This document shows positions 1 to 10,802 of a stretch of DNA of 64,000 nt, in pieces. The stretch is taken from positions 106,973 to 170,972 of the forward strand of contig JACKGO010000003.1 in the NCBI GenBank assembly GCA_020631975.1, given 5' to 3'. Source of the stretch: Candidatus Nomurabacteria bacterium (GTDB lineage: Bacteria; Patescibacteriota; Saccharimonadia; Saccharimonadales; CAIOMD01). The notes under the pieces are model-generated. The model was not told the DNA's origin and did no database searches. It saw only the letters and a list, made by a program, of their open reading frames with translations. A program made the position numbers and the translations under genes. Position 1 is the stretch's first letter. Each line of letters opens with the position of its first letter.

Positions 1-1818
1 ATATAGTTCTTTTTTTGCACGCGTCATACCAACGTAACAGAGCCGGCGCTCTTCTTCCATTTGTGATTGATCAAACAAAGCCCGTGAATGTGGAAAAATT
101 GACTCTTCCATGCCCGTCATAAATACTACGTCATATTCTAGACCTTTCGCGGCGTGAAGTGTCATTAATGTCACAGCATCTGAATTAGGGTTAAGCGTAT
201 CTAGATCGCTCACGAGTGCAACTTCTTCTAAAAAGCTTGCAAGCCCTTCATCACTGTAGGCTTTGGCCACACTTAATAGCTCTTTTACATTTTCTATACG
301 GGCTTCTGATTGCAACGTACCATCGTCTAAATAATTGTAATAGTCTAAACGCTTAATGACACTTTCTAAAAGGCTCGCTGCAGATAGGTGATCCATTTCT
401 TGCCGATAGACACTTAGCAGTTCATGTAGCGCAAATAATGCTTGTTTAGCCCGAGCTGTGAGTGGTGACGTATCTACGTTATCGAGAGCATCTGTAAGTG
501 TTAGCCCTTGTACTTGGCGCCACTGTAAAAATTTATCTAATGATGTCTTACCAAAACCTCTTGTAGGTGTGTTCACGATACGCTGAAAACTAATAATATC
601 TTCTGGTTGATACAGTAGTCGTAAATACGCAAGAATATCTTTGATTTCAGTTCTGTCATAAAAACGAGCCCCGCCAACCATCTTATAGGGTATGTTAAAG
701 CGAACAAATTGCTCTTCTAGAGCACGGCTCTGAGCATTTGTTCTATAGAGTAGTGCAATATTTTTGTAGGCAAAAGTACGGGTATCGGTGCGTTGTCTAA
801 TAATCTGTATAATTTGTTCGGCTTCGTGCCGTTCGTTGTATGCACTGAGTACCTGCACCGGTGCACCACCACTAATGGCTGTCCAGAGTTTTTTGTCTGA
901 ACGCTGTGCGTTTTTAGCTATAACAGCATGCGCGGCATCTAGAATATGGTTCGTACTACGATAATTTTGCTCGAGACGAATAACGGTAGCGTTTTTAAAA
1001 TCTCGTTCAAAATTTAATATGTTTTTAAAATCGGCACCACGCCAACTATAAATACTTTGCCAATCATCGCCTACCACACAAATATTACGTTTTTCATTTA
1101 AAAGCAGCTTAATCAATTTGTACTGGGCGGTGTTGGTGTCTTGATACTCATCAATAAGAATGTATTTAAATCTATCTTGCCATCTTGCTCGCACTTCGGC
1201 ATTATTTTCTAGTAAACTCACTACCTTACCTATAAGATCATCAAAATCTAAGGCAGCGTGATCTTTAAGAGCTTGTTGATACAACGGGTACACGCGAGCT
1301 GCTGCTCGTTGAGTAGGTGTTTGTGCTAATGAAGCGTATTCAGCTGACGTTATTAAATCATTTTTGGCAGCACTAATAATCGCCCCAATGGCCCGCGCAG
1401 TATGTTGTTTTTCGTCTATACTAAGCTGTTTAGATAATTGTTTAATGAGTGTTGTACGATCACTCTCGTCAAAAATAACAAAATTGTTAGGTACGCCACT
1501 ATATTGGCCATCTTTACGTAATATCCGCACACATATCCCATGAAACGTGCCCATGTAGGGCATAAAAGCTTTGTCGTCACGACGGTACGCAAGCAACTGA
1601 GCGACACGTTCACGCATTTCTTTGGCGGCTTTATTTGTAAACGTCACGGCGAGTATTTCGTATTGAGTTGCCAGTTGTGTATCTAGTAAATGAGCAATTC
1701 GGTGTGTCAGCGTTTTGGTTTTACCACTTCCAGCACCTGCCAGAATAAGCAATGGACCATCGGTTGATTCTACGGCACGCTGTTGCTCAGCATTTAAGCC
1801 TAAAGTGAACTGTGACAT
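1..1818 (-). CDS. UvrD/PcrA-family ATP-dependent DNA helicase; 3' end lies beyond the window edge
   Basis: Own minus-strand translation. The ATG at 1818 gives MSQFTLGLNAEQQRAVESTDGPLLILAGAGSGKT (Walker A). Positions 60-1 give MEEERRLCYVGMTRAKKELY (helicase motif VI). Both are in one frame, 1758 nt apart. It is missing from the ORF track because there is no stop inside the window. Confidence 0.9.
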   Translation of the reverse strand, partial: MSQFTLGLNAEQQRAVESTDGPLLILAGAGSGKTKTLTHRIAHLLDTQLATQYEILAVTFTNKAAKEMRERVAQLLAYRRDDKAFMPYMGTFHGICVRILRKDGQYSGVPNNFVIFDESDRTTLIKQLSKQLSIDEKQHTARAIGAIISAAKNDLITSAEYASLAQTPTQRAAARVYPLYQQALKDHAALDFDDLIGKVVSLLENNAEVRARWQDRFKYILIDEYQDTNTAQYKLIKLLLNEKRNICVVGDDWQSIYSWRGADFKNILNFERDFKNATVIRLEQNYRSTNHILDAAHAVIAKNAQRSDKKLWTAISGGAPVQVLSAYNERHEAEQIIQIIRQRTDTRTFAYKNIALLYRTNAQSRALEEQFVRFNIPYKMVGGARFYDRTEIKDILAYLRLLYQPEDIISFQRIVNTPTRGFGKTSLDKFLQWRQVQGLTLTDALDNVDTSPLTARAKQALFALHELLSVYRQEMDHLSAASLLESVIKRLDYYNYLDDGTLQSEARIENVKELLSVAKAYSDEGLASFLEEVALVSDLDTLNPNSDAVTLMTLHAAKGLEYDVVFMTGMEESIFPHSRALFDQSQMEEERRLCYVGMTRAKKELY

Positions 1819-1862
1819 TATTATATTTTAGCAACCTAAGGTGTGTATAAGTGTTGTGTAAT

Positions 1863-2375
1863 CTATCCACCTATAGCGTATGCCGCAACAATTACTATAA
1901 TAAGCACAACAAGACCACTTACAATACCCGCTACAATTTTACCTGTCGTTCCGTGACTGTGCAGAGTATCGTGTATTGGGACAATATATTCTTTTGTATC
2001 GTAAATTCGGGGTGTTTGCATCTCGTCTGTTAACTCGGTGGTACGTTTTTCTGACATATCTGGCAACGAATCAGACGCCTCGTAGGCGGTCGGGCTTATA
2101 CTACTCTTTTGTTCTTGGGCGTGTTCTACGGGTTCATTTGGCGCCTCCGGCGGATTTTCATTTGTAACCGTTGGTTCGGGCGTGGTTGCGCTAGCTAGTG
2201 GTGTAATATTTGTACCTTTATTAGAAATAATAGTTTCTGTAGGTTGTTCTTCTGCCGGTAATATATTTGCCGCATCTTGTGCAGGCGTCGAACCTGCCCT
2301 ATTTGCTTCGTGCTTTGTAATTGTCGGTGGCTTAACGTCTTCTATTGTTTGTGGTGTGGTTTGTTCTTCTGCCAT
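1863..2375 (-). CDS. Hypothetical Pro/Thr/Glu-rich protein with a C-terminal transmembrane anchor
   Basis: 170-aa ORF. Low-complexity P/T/E-rich N-terminal part. C-terminal hydrophobic stretch IVAGIVSGLVVLIIVIVAAYAIGG. No recognisable domain. Confidence 0.5.
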   Translation of the reverse strand: MAEEQTTPQTIEDVKPPTITKHEANRAGSTPAQDAANILPAEEQPTETIISNKGTNITPLASATTPEPTVTNENPPEAPNEPVEHAQEQKSSISPTAYEASDSLPDMSEKRTTELTDEMQTPRIYDTKEYIVPIHDTLHSHGTTGKIVAGIVSGLVVLIIVIVAAYAIGG

Positions 2376-2379
2376 TTTT

Positions 2380-3177
2380 TTACATATCTCTTAGGGTATT
2401 AATATTTCTCTTTACTCTGTAGGCACTATCTATAATATCGCTAAATGAATGATAATTAAGACTAGCGCCACCAACTAATAACCCATCTATTTCTGGGAGG
2501 CGTAGGTATCCAGATGCTGTATCTGCCGTGACGCTGCCACCATAAAGTATACGTACCCGTTCAGCTGCTTTTGTACCATATAATTCTGTAATATCGTGCT
2601 TAATGACACGCGCTACCGATGCTACGTCAGATGGCTTGGCGTTTTCTCCTGTACCAATTGCCCAGACAGGTTCATACGCAATAACAATTGATTGCACTTC
2701 TTCACTGGTAACGTTCGCTAAAGCACTTACAACCTGATCATGCAATACTTGGTTTGTTTCTTTAGATAGCCGATCTATTTTTGTTTCGCCAACGCATAAA
2801 ATAGGAGTAATGCCATTTCTGTAAGCAGCAGCCACTTTGAGGGTAATTTCATCGAGTGACTCATTAAAAATATGGCGGCGCTCTGAATGCCCAACCAGAC
2901 CATAACTTACTAGGTGACGTAACATGGTGAACGATACTTCACCAGTGTAAGCGCCTTCGTCTTTATGGTAAGCATTTTGAGCAGCTAATTTAAATTTGCG
3001 ATGATCAATTTGCAAACTCAGTGGCTGCAGGTGAAGATGAGTAGGAGCCAGTACAACTTCTACGTCTTTATGGTTTTGGGTACGTTCGTGCAGCCGCTGC
3101 ACGAGTAAACTTGCTTGCGCAACCGTAAGATGCATCTTCCAGTTCCCAGCTATGAGTGTTTTTTTATGTGTTGTCAT
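2380..3177 (-). CDS. tpiA: Triosephosphate isomerase
   Basis: AGNWKMH motif near the N-terminus, GHSERR, and AYEPVWAIGTG active-site region. Confidence 0.95.
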   Translation of the reverse strand: MTTHKKTLIAGNWKMHLTVAQASLLVQRLHERTQNHKDVEVVLAPTHLHLQPLSLQIDHRKFKLAAQNAYHKDEGAYTGEVSFTMLRHLVSYGLVGHSERRHIFNESLDEITLKVAAAYRNGITPILCVGETKIDRLSKETNQVLHDQVVSALANVTSEEVQSIVIAYEPVWAIGTGENAKPSDVASVARVIKHDITELYGTKAAERVRILYGGSVTADTASGYLRLPEIDGLLVGGASLNYHSFSDIIDSAYRVKRNINTLRDM

Positions 3178-3219
3178 ATATATACAATGCTTATGTTTTT
3201 ATAGTACCACGTTCTGCGT

Positions 3220-4521
3220 TTAGTCGCTGTCTTGTAAAGCTTCTACACCAGGGAGAGTATGCCCAGCCATGAGCTCTAAGCTCGCTCCACCACCTGTAGA
3301 TACGTGTCCAAGTTGCTCGCGTAATCCACTTATAGATTCTACATAGCCTACCGTATCACCGCCTCCTACAATGGTAAATGGTACGTTTTTGTCACCAGCA
3401 TGTTGGCCAATGAAGCCTTCTGTGATTACGCGCGTCCCGTGGCTAAACGGGTCAGCTGCGCCGTGTAAGCCACGAATCTCTGTCATGCCAGCTGTGCCAT
3501 TCCATATAGCAGTGTGCGCTTGCGATAGCGCACCTTTTATTGCACTCGCTGTCATTGGGCCTATGTCTAAAATCCATTCATCAGCCGCAACGCTGTAGGC
3601 ATGTTTTGAAGGTTTTTTCGGATACTGTGAAATATCTGCCCATGTATGATTATCTATATCAACAACCCTGGTTTGGTGGGTATTTTCTTTTCCTTTTGCC
3701 ACAACAACGTCTTGGGGTATATAAAACGTAAAGCGCTCTTTTTTCATTCTACTATATGCTTTTTGCAGGAGTTCTTTGGCGGTATGCACAGCGTCTTTTT
3801 CTACCAAACTACTACCAACGGCTACATCTTCTGCGACTAAAAAGGTATTCGCCATGGCACCAACAACCGCTATATAATCTGCTGAATCTATAAATGTGTT
3901 TAACAAATCTATTTTGTCGGATATTTTTGCGCCACCAATCACAATGGCCAGTGGCTTTTTGGGTGTATGCATTGCATTGGTTATTGTGTCTACTTCTTTT
4001 GCCAGTAGTAATCCTGCAACGCTCGGCAGATACCGAGTAATAGCATCTGTGCTAGCATGAGCACGATGCACAACACCAAAGCCTTCTTGTACAAATACAT
4101 CACAACCTTTGGCGAGCTTTTTAGCAAAGTCAGGGTCGTTTGCTTCCTCTTCTGGGTAGTAACGTAGGTTTTCTAGTAGTAAAACATCACCCGGTTGTAG
4201 CTCTTTAATTTTGTGTTTTGCGTCTGCGCTAATACAATCATCAGCAAAGAGCACTGTGGTGTGCAATAAATCATCAAGACGATGAGCAATAGGCGCAAGG
4301 CTGCAGGCAACGTCTTGTTTACTAGTCGGCCTTCCAAGATGAGAAATCAGCACCACCTTGGCGCCAGAGCTCCGTAGGTGCTCTATAGTGGGCAAAGCTT
4401 TACGAATTCGATAATCGTCTGTAATAACACCTAGATCATTGATGGGCACATTAAAATCAACCCGAACAAGCACTGTTTTGTTGGCTACATCTGTTTGAAA
4501 TATAGTTTTTTTGCGAAACAT
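3220..4521 (-). CDS. pgk: Phosphoglycerate kinase
   Basis: VLVRVDFNVP, SHLGRP and GGGDT motifs. At 433 aa it is somewhat longer than typical, with an apparent internal insertion. Confidence 0.95.
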   Translation of the reverse strand: MFRKKTIFQTDVANKTVLVRVDFNVPINDLGVITDDYRIRKALPTIEHLRSSGAKVVLISHLGRPTSKQDVACSLAPIAHRLDDLLHTTVLFADDCISADAKHKIKELQPGDVLLLENLRYYPEEEANDPDFAKKLAKGCDVFVQEGFGVVHRAHASTDAITRYLPSVAGLLLAKEVDTITNAMHTPKKPLAIVIGGAKISDKIDLLNTFIDSADYIAVVGAMANTFLVAEDVAVGSSLVEKDAVHTAKELLQKAYSRMKKERFTFYIPQDVVVAKGKENTHQTRVVDIDNHTWADISQYPKKPSKHAYSVAADEWILDIGPMTASAIKGALSQAHTAIWNGTAGMTEIRGLHGAADPFSHGTRVITEGFIGQHAGDKNVPFTIVGGGDTVGYVESISGLREQLGHVSTGGGASLELMAGHTLPGVEALQDSD

Positions 4522-4542
4522 TGCCCACCTTAACCTTTCTTT

Positions 4543-5973
4543 TTATGTGATGACTCTTACTTTAATAGTGTCTGTTGTGCCTACGACGCCAGGATGCTCG
4601 CCTGATACAATTACAACGATTTCGTTCTTTGAAAGTACTTTGTTTCTTTGTAGCCAATCTGTTAAATGTACTGCTTGGTACATTTCATCTTTGCGCACGA
4701 AACTCTTTATGCCATACACAATAGATAGTTGTTGAGCTACCAGCTGACTACTTGTCACTGCAATAATTGGTAAATCTGACCGATACGACGCAATAATGTA
4801 CCCTGTCGCACCGCTTTTTGTCTCCGCTACAATAGCTATAGCACTAACATCGTACGCTAAGGCAATAATTGCTTTACTTATAGCAGTCTGGCGCGTGTGC
4901 GATTGTTGTGTACGGTTAAATGTAATGTTTTCGTGAGTATTCTCTTCTGCGTAGCGAATAATCTTTTTCATCGTTTTAACAGCATCTATAGGAAACATTC
5001 CATTGGCTGTTTCTTCGCTTAACATGACTGCATCGGTACCACTGAGAACTGCTGTCGCTACATCACTCGCCTCTGCTCGTGTTGGCTGTGGTGCGTCTGT
5101 CATACTTGCAAGCATGTGCGTTGCAATTATGGTAGGTTTTGCATGTGTAATGCCAAGCCTCACAATTTGTCTTTGCAATATAGGGACTTCTTCTACGCTT
5201 GTTTCTATAGCTAAATCGCCCCGTGCAACCATAACTGCATCTGACGCTTCAACGATAGATTCTATATTCTCTACAGCAGAACGTGTTTCTATTTTAGAGA
5301 TAACGCGCGCCTTACTCCCAGCATTGGTAAGTAGACGTTTCACATGAGCAACGTCACTGGCCGTTTGCACAAAGCTCAGTGCAACATAATCTATGTCGCC
5401 CGTTGCTCCAAACAAGATATCTTCTTTGTCTTTCTTGGTAATGATATCGCCATCAAAATTGGTATCTGGTACATTGATCCCTTTGCGGGCGAGTAAATAC
5501 CCAGCGTTTTCGGCACGTACATGCACAACTCCGTCTTTGACACTCGTAATGGTTGTTTTTACTTTTCCGTCAAAAAAGTACAATCGTTCGCCACGTTTCA
5601 CTTTTTTACTTAAATCGTATTGAGTAGGTAACACGCCTTCTCTCTCAAAATCAGCGTTGTAACGCAGCCGAATACTTTGACCTTTTTCTACCTGAAATAT
5701 GCCATCAAATTCACCTAAACGTACTTTTGGACCTTGTAAATCTTGAATAATCGCCACTGGCTTACCGAGTGCTTTAGATGCTTTTCTGACACGCTTAATT
5801 GTCGTTGCGTGTTGCGCATGGTTGCCATGACTAAAATTAAGCCGTATTCCATTAGCGCCTGCAGCGATAAGCTTATGTATCGTGTCATATTCTAGTGAAC
5901 TAGGACCACACGTTGCAATTATCTTTGTACGTTTATACTGGCGAATTGGCTTTTTAGGAACAATACTCTGCAT
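4543..5973 (-). CDS. pyk: Pyruvate kinase
   Basis: TKIIATCGPS, GIRLNFSHG and MVARGDLAIE motifs. Confidence 0.95.
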   Translation of the reverse strand: MQSIVPKKPIRQYKRTKIIATCGPSSLEYDTIHKLIAAGANGIRLNFSHGNHAQHATTIKRVRKASKALGKPVAIIQDLQGPKVRLGEFDGIFQVEKGQSIRLRYNADFEREGVLPTQYDLSKKVKRGERLYFFDGKVKTTITSVKDGVVHVRAENAGYLLARKGINVPDTNFDGDIITKKDKEDILFGATGDIDYVALSFVQTASDVAHVKRLLTNAGSKARVISKIETRSAVENIESIVEASDAVMVARGDLAIETSVEEVPILQRQIVRLGITHAKPTIIATHMLASMTDAPQPTRAEASDVATAVLSGTDAVMLSEETANGMFPIDAVKTMKKIIRYAEENTHENITFNRTQQSHTRQTAISKAIIALAYDVSAIAIVAETKSGATGYIIASYRSDLPIIAVTSSQLVAQQLSIVYGIKSFVRKDEMYQAVHLTDWLQRNKVLSKNEIVVIVSGEHPGVVGTTDTIKVRVIT

Positions 5974-5997
5974 TGTATTATAGATTACTTGATTCGT

Positions 5998-8376
5998 TTA
6001 TCTACCAAGTGATTCTTCGGTTTTCTTAATATCAATAGTTGTTTTAACGACAGTGTCTGGAGCTAAGGAAATACTATCTATGCCTGTTTCTACCAAAAAG
6101 CGTGCAAACTCAGGGTAATCAGAAGGTGCTTGACCACATAAACCAATTTTTGTGTTGGTCTCTTTTGCCACCGCCACAACGCTACGAATTAAGGCTTTTA
6201 CTGCTTCGTTGTTTTCGCTATAGACGTGAGCGACTTCGTGGTTATCCCTGTCTACACCCAAAGTCAGTTGCGTAAGATCATTAGAACCAATTGAAAATCC
6301 ATCGAATAGTTTCGCAAATTCACGGGCCAATAGTACGTTAGATGGTATTTCAACCATAACGTATACTTCAAAACCATTTTCACCACGTTTGAGACCACAA
6401 TACTCCATAATCTCTAACACCTTGCGCGCCTCTTCAAGGTCACGGCAAAATGGAATCATCGCTTTAACGTTTGTAATACCCATTTCATCACGAACTTTTT
6501 TTAGCGCCTGACACTCTAGCTCAAAGGCAGCTCGGTATTGCTCGCTATAGTAACGACTCGCGCCACGCCATCCAATCATCGGATTGTTTTCTTGCGGCTC
6601 AAACTGTGTACCACCAATTAAGTTAGCGTATTCATTTGTCTTGAAGTCACTAAAACGAATAATAACGTCATTGGGGTAAAATGCGGCACCTATTGTAGCG
6701 ATACCTTCGGCTAATTTATCTATAAAGTATTGTGCTTTATCTTCGTAACCGAGCGTTAACTGATTTATCTGAGCACGTACCGCTTTATCTTTAACTTCGT
6801 GGAAACGTAACAACGCTAAAGGGTGAATTTTTATATGTGAATCAATAATAAATTCTTCTCGCGCTAAGCCAACTCCATCATTAGGAATTTGCGAATATGC
6901 AAACGCATGGTCAGGTGAACCAATGTTCATCATAATCTTGGTTTTTGTCCGTGGTAAGTCTTTAACATCGGTTTTATCTACCTCATAGTGCAAAATTCCT
7001 TCGTACACAGCGCCTTCGTCACTACCGCCAGCACAGCTTACTGTTACATCTTGACCATCATGTATGAGTTCTGAGGCGTTGCCTGTGCCAACAACACATG
7101 GAATGCCTAGTTCCCTCGATACAATGGCTGCATGGCAGGTACGCCCACCTTTATCGGTAACAATAGCACTCGCTATCTTCATAATAGGCACCCAGTCTGG
7201 GTCGGTCATTTCTGTAAGCAGAACATCACCCTCTTTAAAATCGTCAATGTCTTTGACGCTCATAATTTTACTTACTTTACCAGTACCTATTTTGCTACCA
7301 ACACTCGTACCAGTTGCCAGCACGTGACCTTCTTGAGCTAAACGATATTCTTCAATAATGTTCGTGTCGCGGCGAGACTGTACCGTTTCTGCCCTGGCCT
7401 GCACAATGTACAATTGACCGTCGTCTTCATCTAGAGCCCATTCAATGTCCATTGGGTGGCCGTAATGCTGTTCAATAAGCATTCCCCAGTGCGCCAGCGT
7501 CTTTACTTGATCATCGTTTATAGAAAAACGGTTTTGATCACTTACTTTTACAGGCAGGTTTTTGGTACGATTAGCACCAATTGGTACCATCTTCATTTTT
7601 TTTGTGCCAAGATGTCGTTTTAGGATAGCCATAGTTGGCTTAAATACAATAAACTCATCGGGGTTAACGTGCCCTTGTACAATGTTTTCTCCTAAGCCGT
7701 AAATTGAACTCACAACTACAGTATTTTTAAAGCCAGATTCAGTATCGATGGTAAAAAGTACTCCAGCACATTCACTGCGCACTGCTACCATTTGTTGAAT
7801 ACCAACCGAAAGCGCTACTTTCATGTGGTCAAATCCGTTAGATACACGGTATACAATCGCCCTATCGGTGAATAATGATGCAATACATTCTTTTACCGCG
7901 GTAACAACATCTTCTTCGCCTTTGATGTTTAAAAAGGTGGCTTGTTGGCCGGCAAAAGAAGCGTTCGGCAAATCTTCTGCTGTAGCAGATGAACGAATCG
8001 CTACCACCATATCACCATCATGGCCACATTTCTGGCTCAATTCGCGGTAACCTTGTTTAATTTCATCTTGAAAATCCTGAGGTAATTGGGCATTAATAAT
8101 CATTTCACGGATAATAGTACCCCGATGTGCTAAATCATGAACATTACTAACGTCTAGGCCTTGTAAGGTATCTGTAATACCCTGGTTTAAGCCAGCGCTT
8201 TCAAGAAAATATCGGTAAGCATCTGCAGTCGTTGCTACCCCATTCGGCAAACTCACTCCCTGCGGTCTTAAGTGTCGATACATTTCGCCAAGAGAAGCGT
8301 TTTTGCCACCTACTTGCGGTATGTCATCAATTGATAGTTCCTCAAAAAATTTTAAATATTTGTACATCTGTTCCAC
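5998..8376 (-). CDS. ppsA: Phosphoenolpyruvate synthase (pyruvate, water dikinase)
   Basis: 792 aa. N-terminal ATP-grasp region (GGKNASLGEM), phosphohistidine swivel (GGRTCHAAIVSRELGIP) and C-terminal PEP-utilising TIM barrel. Confidence 0.9.
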   Translation of the reverse strand: MEQMYKYLKFFEELSIDDIPQVGGKNASLGEMYRHLRPQGVSLPNGVATTADAYRYFLESAGLNQGITDTLQGLDVSNVHDLAHRGTIIREMIINAQLPQDFQDEIKQGYRELSQKCGHDGDMVVAIRSSATAEDLPNASFAGQQATFLNIKGEEDVVTAVKECIASLFTDRAIVYRVSNGFDHMKVALSVGIQQMVAVRSECAGVLFTIDTESGFKNTVVVSSIYGLGENIVQGHVNPDEFIVFKPTMAILKRHLGTKKMKMVPIGANRTKNLPVKVSDQNRFSINDDQVKTLAHWGMLIEQHYGHPMDIEWALDEDDGQLYIVQARAETVQSRRDTNIIEEYRLAQEGHVLATGTSVGSKIGTGKVSKIMSVKDIDDFKEGDVLLTEMTDPDWVPIMKIASAIVTDKGGRTCHAAIVSRELGIPCVVGTGNASELIHDGQDVTVSCAGGSDEGAVYEGILHYEVDKTDVKDLPRTKTKIMMNIGSPDHAFAYSQIPNDGVGLAREEFIIDSHIKIHPLALLRFHEVKDKAVRAQINQLTLGYEDKAQYFIDKLAEGIATIGAAFYPNDVIIRFSDFKTNEYANLIGGTQFEPQENNPMIGWRGASRYYSEQYRAAFELECQALKKVRDEMGITNVKAMIPFCRDLEEARKVLEIMEYCGLKRGENGFEVYVMVEIPSNVLLAREFAKLFDGFSIGSNDLTQLTLGVDRDNHEVAHVYSENNEAVKALIRSVVAVAKETNTKIGLCGQAPSDYPEFARFLVETGIDSISLAPDTVVKTTIDIKKTEESLGR

Positions 8377-8469
8377 CTTGTTGTTATTAGTATCCTTTTT
8401 ATAATACCACTAATGCTTATAATTTTCTTGAGTGAAACACAAGTTTTATTGTGGTGATATACTATTTCT

Positions 8470-9081
8470 ATGGATACACACATACAAACAATCAAAACAT
8501 GGCTCGGTACAGGATCAATAAACATCTTTGGCTTGCCATTTGCGGGTAAAGATACTCAGGGTCGTCTTTTTGCAAACTACTTAGAGGGGGTGCTTATATC
8601 TGGTGGCGATATACTCCGTAAGAGTCAAAGTAACCTAGAGCTACAACGCATTATGGCAGCTGGCGAGATTATTCCTACCAGTTTATGGGAAGAGATTGTT
8701 GTGCCATTTTTAGCAAACCCTGAATTTGCACAAAAACCGCTTATTTTAAGTGAAGTTGGGCGGTTACAGGGCGAAGAACGCATCGTAGAAAAGGCAACCT
8801 TAGCGACAGGTCACCCGCAAAAAGCCGTTATTTTACTCCAGCTGACCGACCAAGAGGTATGGAACAGATTTGATGCTGCCCAACAAGAGGGTGATCGAGG
8901 TGAGCGTGCAGATGATCGTCGTGACGTTATACAAACCCGTTTAGATAGTTATCACCATAAAGTGATGCCCGTTATAGAGCATTACCGTTCTAATGGATTG
9001 CTCATAGAAGTAGACGGTGCACAATCTCGCCAAGATGTCACAGAGCAAATTATTACAAGTTTAGTCGCACGAGCTACGTAG
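8470..9081 (+). CDS. Adenylate kinase-family nucleoside monophosphate kinase, divergent
   Basis: GLPFAGKDTQG P-loop-like segment and ISGGDILR / MAAGEIIP, arranged as in adenylate kinases. The P-loop is atypical (GK followed by D). Confidence 0.6.
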   Translation: MDTHIQTIKTWLGTGSINIFGLPFAGKDTQGRLFANYLEGVLISGGDILRKSQSNLELQRIMAAGEIIPTSLWEEIVVPFLANPEFAQKPLILSEVGRLQGEERIVEKATLATGHPQKAVILLQLTDQEVWNRFDAAQQEGDRGERADDRRDVIQTRLDSYHHKVMPVIEHYRSNGLLIEVDGAQSRQDVTEQIITSLVARAT

Positions 9082-10753
9082 TCGTAGGGCTACTATTGGC
9101 GGGTACTTTTTCTTCTACAACGTGGGTAGTTTTGTGTGTCATGTGGCCGTTTTTATCGACATCATAAACAAGAATGGTGTTAAATATCATTTCAACTTTT
9201 TCTATGTCTTCATCACTAATAGATTCAATGTATTTAATGAGCGCCCGAATACCGTTACCATGAGACACAATTAATATATTTTTGCCAGCAAGTAGCTGCG
9301 GTAGAATAGTTTTTTTATAAAATGCAACAACTCGTTTGTAGACATCCTTGAGCGTTTCGCCATTTGGTACAGGTTCATCCCAACCACGCCTAATGCGCTG
9401 AAACTTTTCTTCACCAATTAAATCACGAACTTCCCACTTATTTTTGCCAGTATAGTCACCATAATCACGCTCGTTAAGTGCAGCTTCTCTTTCATATTCT
9501 AAATCTAACTGCCCAGAAGCGTTTAATATACCTTCTATTGTTTCTAGCGTGCGTATCTGTTGCGAACAATACGCTTTGTCAAATGTCAGGTTTTGTATAG
9601 CTACCTCTTGGCCTAAGTAGCCAGCATCACGAAAGCCTTTACCACTTAAGTGTACGTCGGTAATTCCTGTCCACTGACCAGTTGCATTCCATTCTGATTC
9701 AGTATGTCGCACGATAGTTAGTTTTCCTGTTTGTTTCGCAGGCGGCTTAACAACATTCGGTGTATCGCCATACCAAAATTTGATGATATTTTCGCAGGTA
9801 ACAGCATTGATTCTACCGACTGCTTCTAGTGTGTTAAACGCATTGTGGGGGGTAAGAATAACATTTTCCATATGGCTAAGTGCTAGTATTTCTACACCGT
9901 ACTTAAGCATGTCAGAGCCAACTACATTGCTACGATAGAGCAACTCAACGTCGTCATCTACGTGTATTAAACGTTCACCTTCAACTACATCCAAGGCTGC
10001 GCCAGCAATTTTCTTTTTAGACAAGACCTCAAGGAGTGCTTTTGTATCTATAAGTTCACCTCTTGCGGTATTTATTAAAACCGCAGTTGGTTTCATACGG
10101 GCTAATTGATCCGAACCAATAAGATGTTTATTAGATGGAAAATAAGGTGCATGAATCGTTATAGCATCACTTTGTGACATAACTTCGTCTAGTGTAAGAT
10201 ACTGAAAGCCGAGTTCTTTGGCTGCATCTTTATTGGGATACGGATCATACGCAACCACATTCATACCAAACCCGTTCGCTATTTTTATTGACGATCTGCC
10301 GATGTGCCCCGTCCCAATAACCCCAAGTGTTCGTCCGTGTAAATCCCAACCGCATAGTTTATCTAACGGAGTATTGTCTTGGAACGATTTTAGCGTAGCG
10401 ACAAGCTTTCTCGATAGTGCCAGCAACAATGTAAACGCATATTCAGCAACGGTTTCTTCGCCGTAGGTAGGAACGTTTTCTACTATAATATTTCTCTCTT
10501 CGGCAGCGTTCATGTTGATATTGTTATAGCCTGTAGAACGACATGCAATTAAGCGCAACTTTGGTAGTGCCTGTATTATTTCTGCCGTCACCGAACTGGT
10601 TATAAATACAGATATAACTTCTGTTTCTGGGTCTAGGTTTTCTAGTGATATTGGTTCATCAACGAATTCCCAATGATGATCCGTGCCTATAAGCCCATTG
10701 GTTAGTTGTTGTTTATCTATTTCTGTTGAGTCATAAAAATATATTCGTGCCAT
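9074..10753 (-). CDS. Fusion protein: D-isomer-specific 2-hydroxyacid dehydrogenase (D-LDH/PGDH-like) N-terminal half plus 2,3-BPG-dependent phosphoglycerate mutase C-terminal half
   Basis: N-terminal half has GVIGTGHIGR, INTARG and TPH motifs. C-terminal half has RHTESEWN, RRGWD and VSHGNGIRAL (dPGM). The start was moved from 10933 to the internal ATG at 10753 (MARIYFYD) because the longer ORF overlaps the divergent eno start at 10803. Confidence 0.8.
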   Translation of the reverse strand: MARIYFYDSTEIDKQQLTNGLIGTDHHWEFVDEPISLENLDPETEVISVFITSSVTAEIIQALPKLRLIACRSTGYNNINMNAAEERNIIVENVPTYGEETVAEYAFTLLLALSRKLVATLKSFQDNTPLDKLCGWDLHGRTLGVIGTGHIGRSSIKIANGFGMNVVAYDPYPNKDAAKELGFQYLTLDEVMSQSDAITIHAPYFPSNKHLIGSDQLARMKPTAVLINTARGELIDTKALLEVLSKKKIAGAALDVVEGERLIHVDDDVELLYRSNVVGSDMLKYGVEILALSHMENVILTPHNAFNTLEAVGRINAVTCENIIKFWYGDTPNVVKPPAKQTGKLTIVRHTESEWNATGQWTGITDVHLSGKGFRDAGYLGQEVAIQNLTFDKAYCSQQIRTLETIEGILNASGQLDLEYEREAALNERDYGDYTGKNKWEVRDLIGEEKFQRIRRGWDEPVPNGETLKDVYKRVVAFYKKTILPQLLAGKNILIVSHGNGIRALIKYIESISDEDIEKVEMIFNTILVYDVDKNGHMTHKTTHVVEEKVPANSSPTTT

Positions 10754-10802
10754 TACGTATACTATTATGGCATAAGCATGAGCTTTATGAGAACATATTG
10801 GT

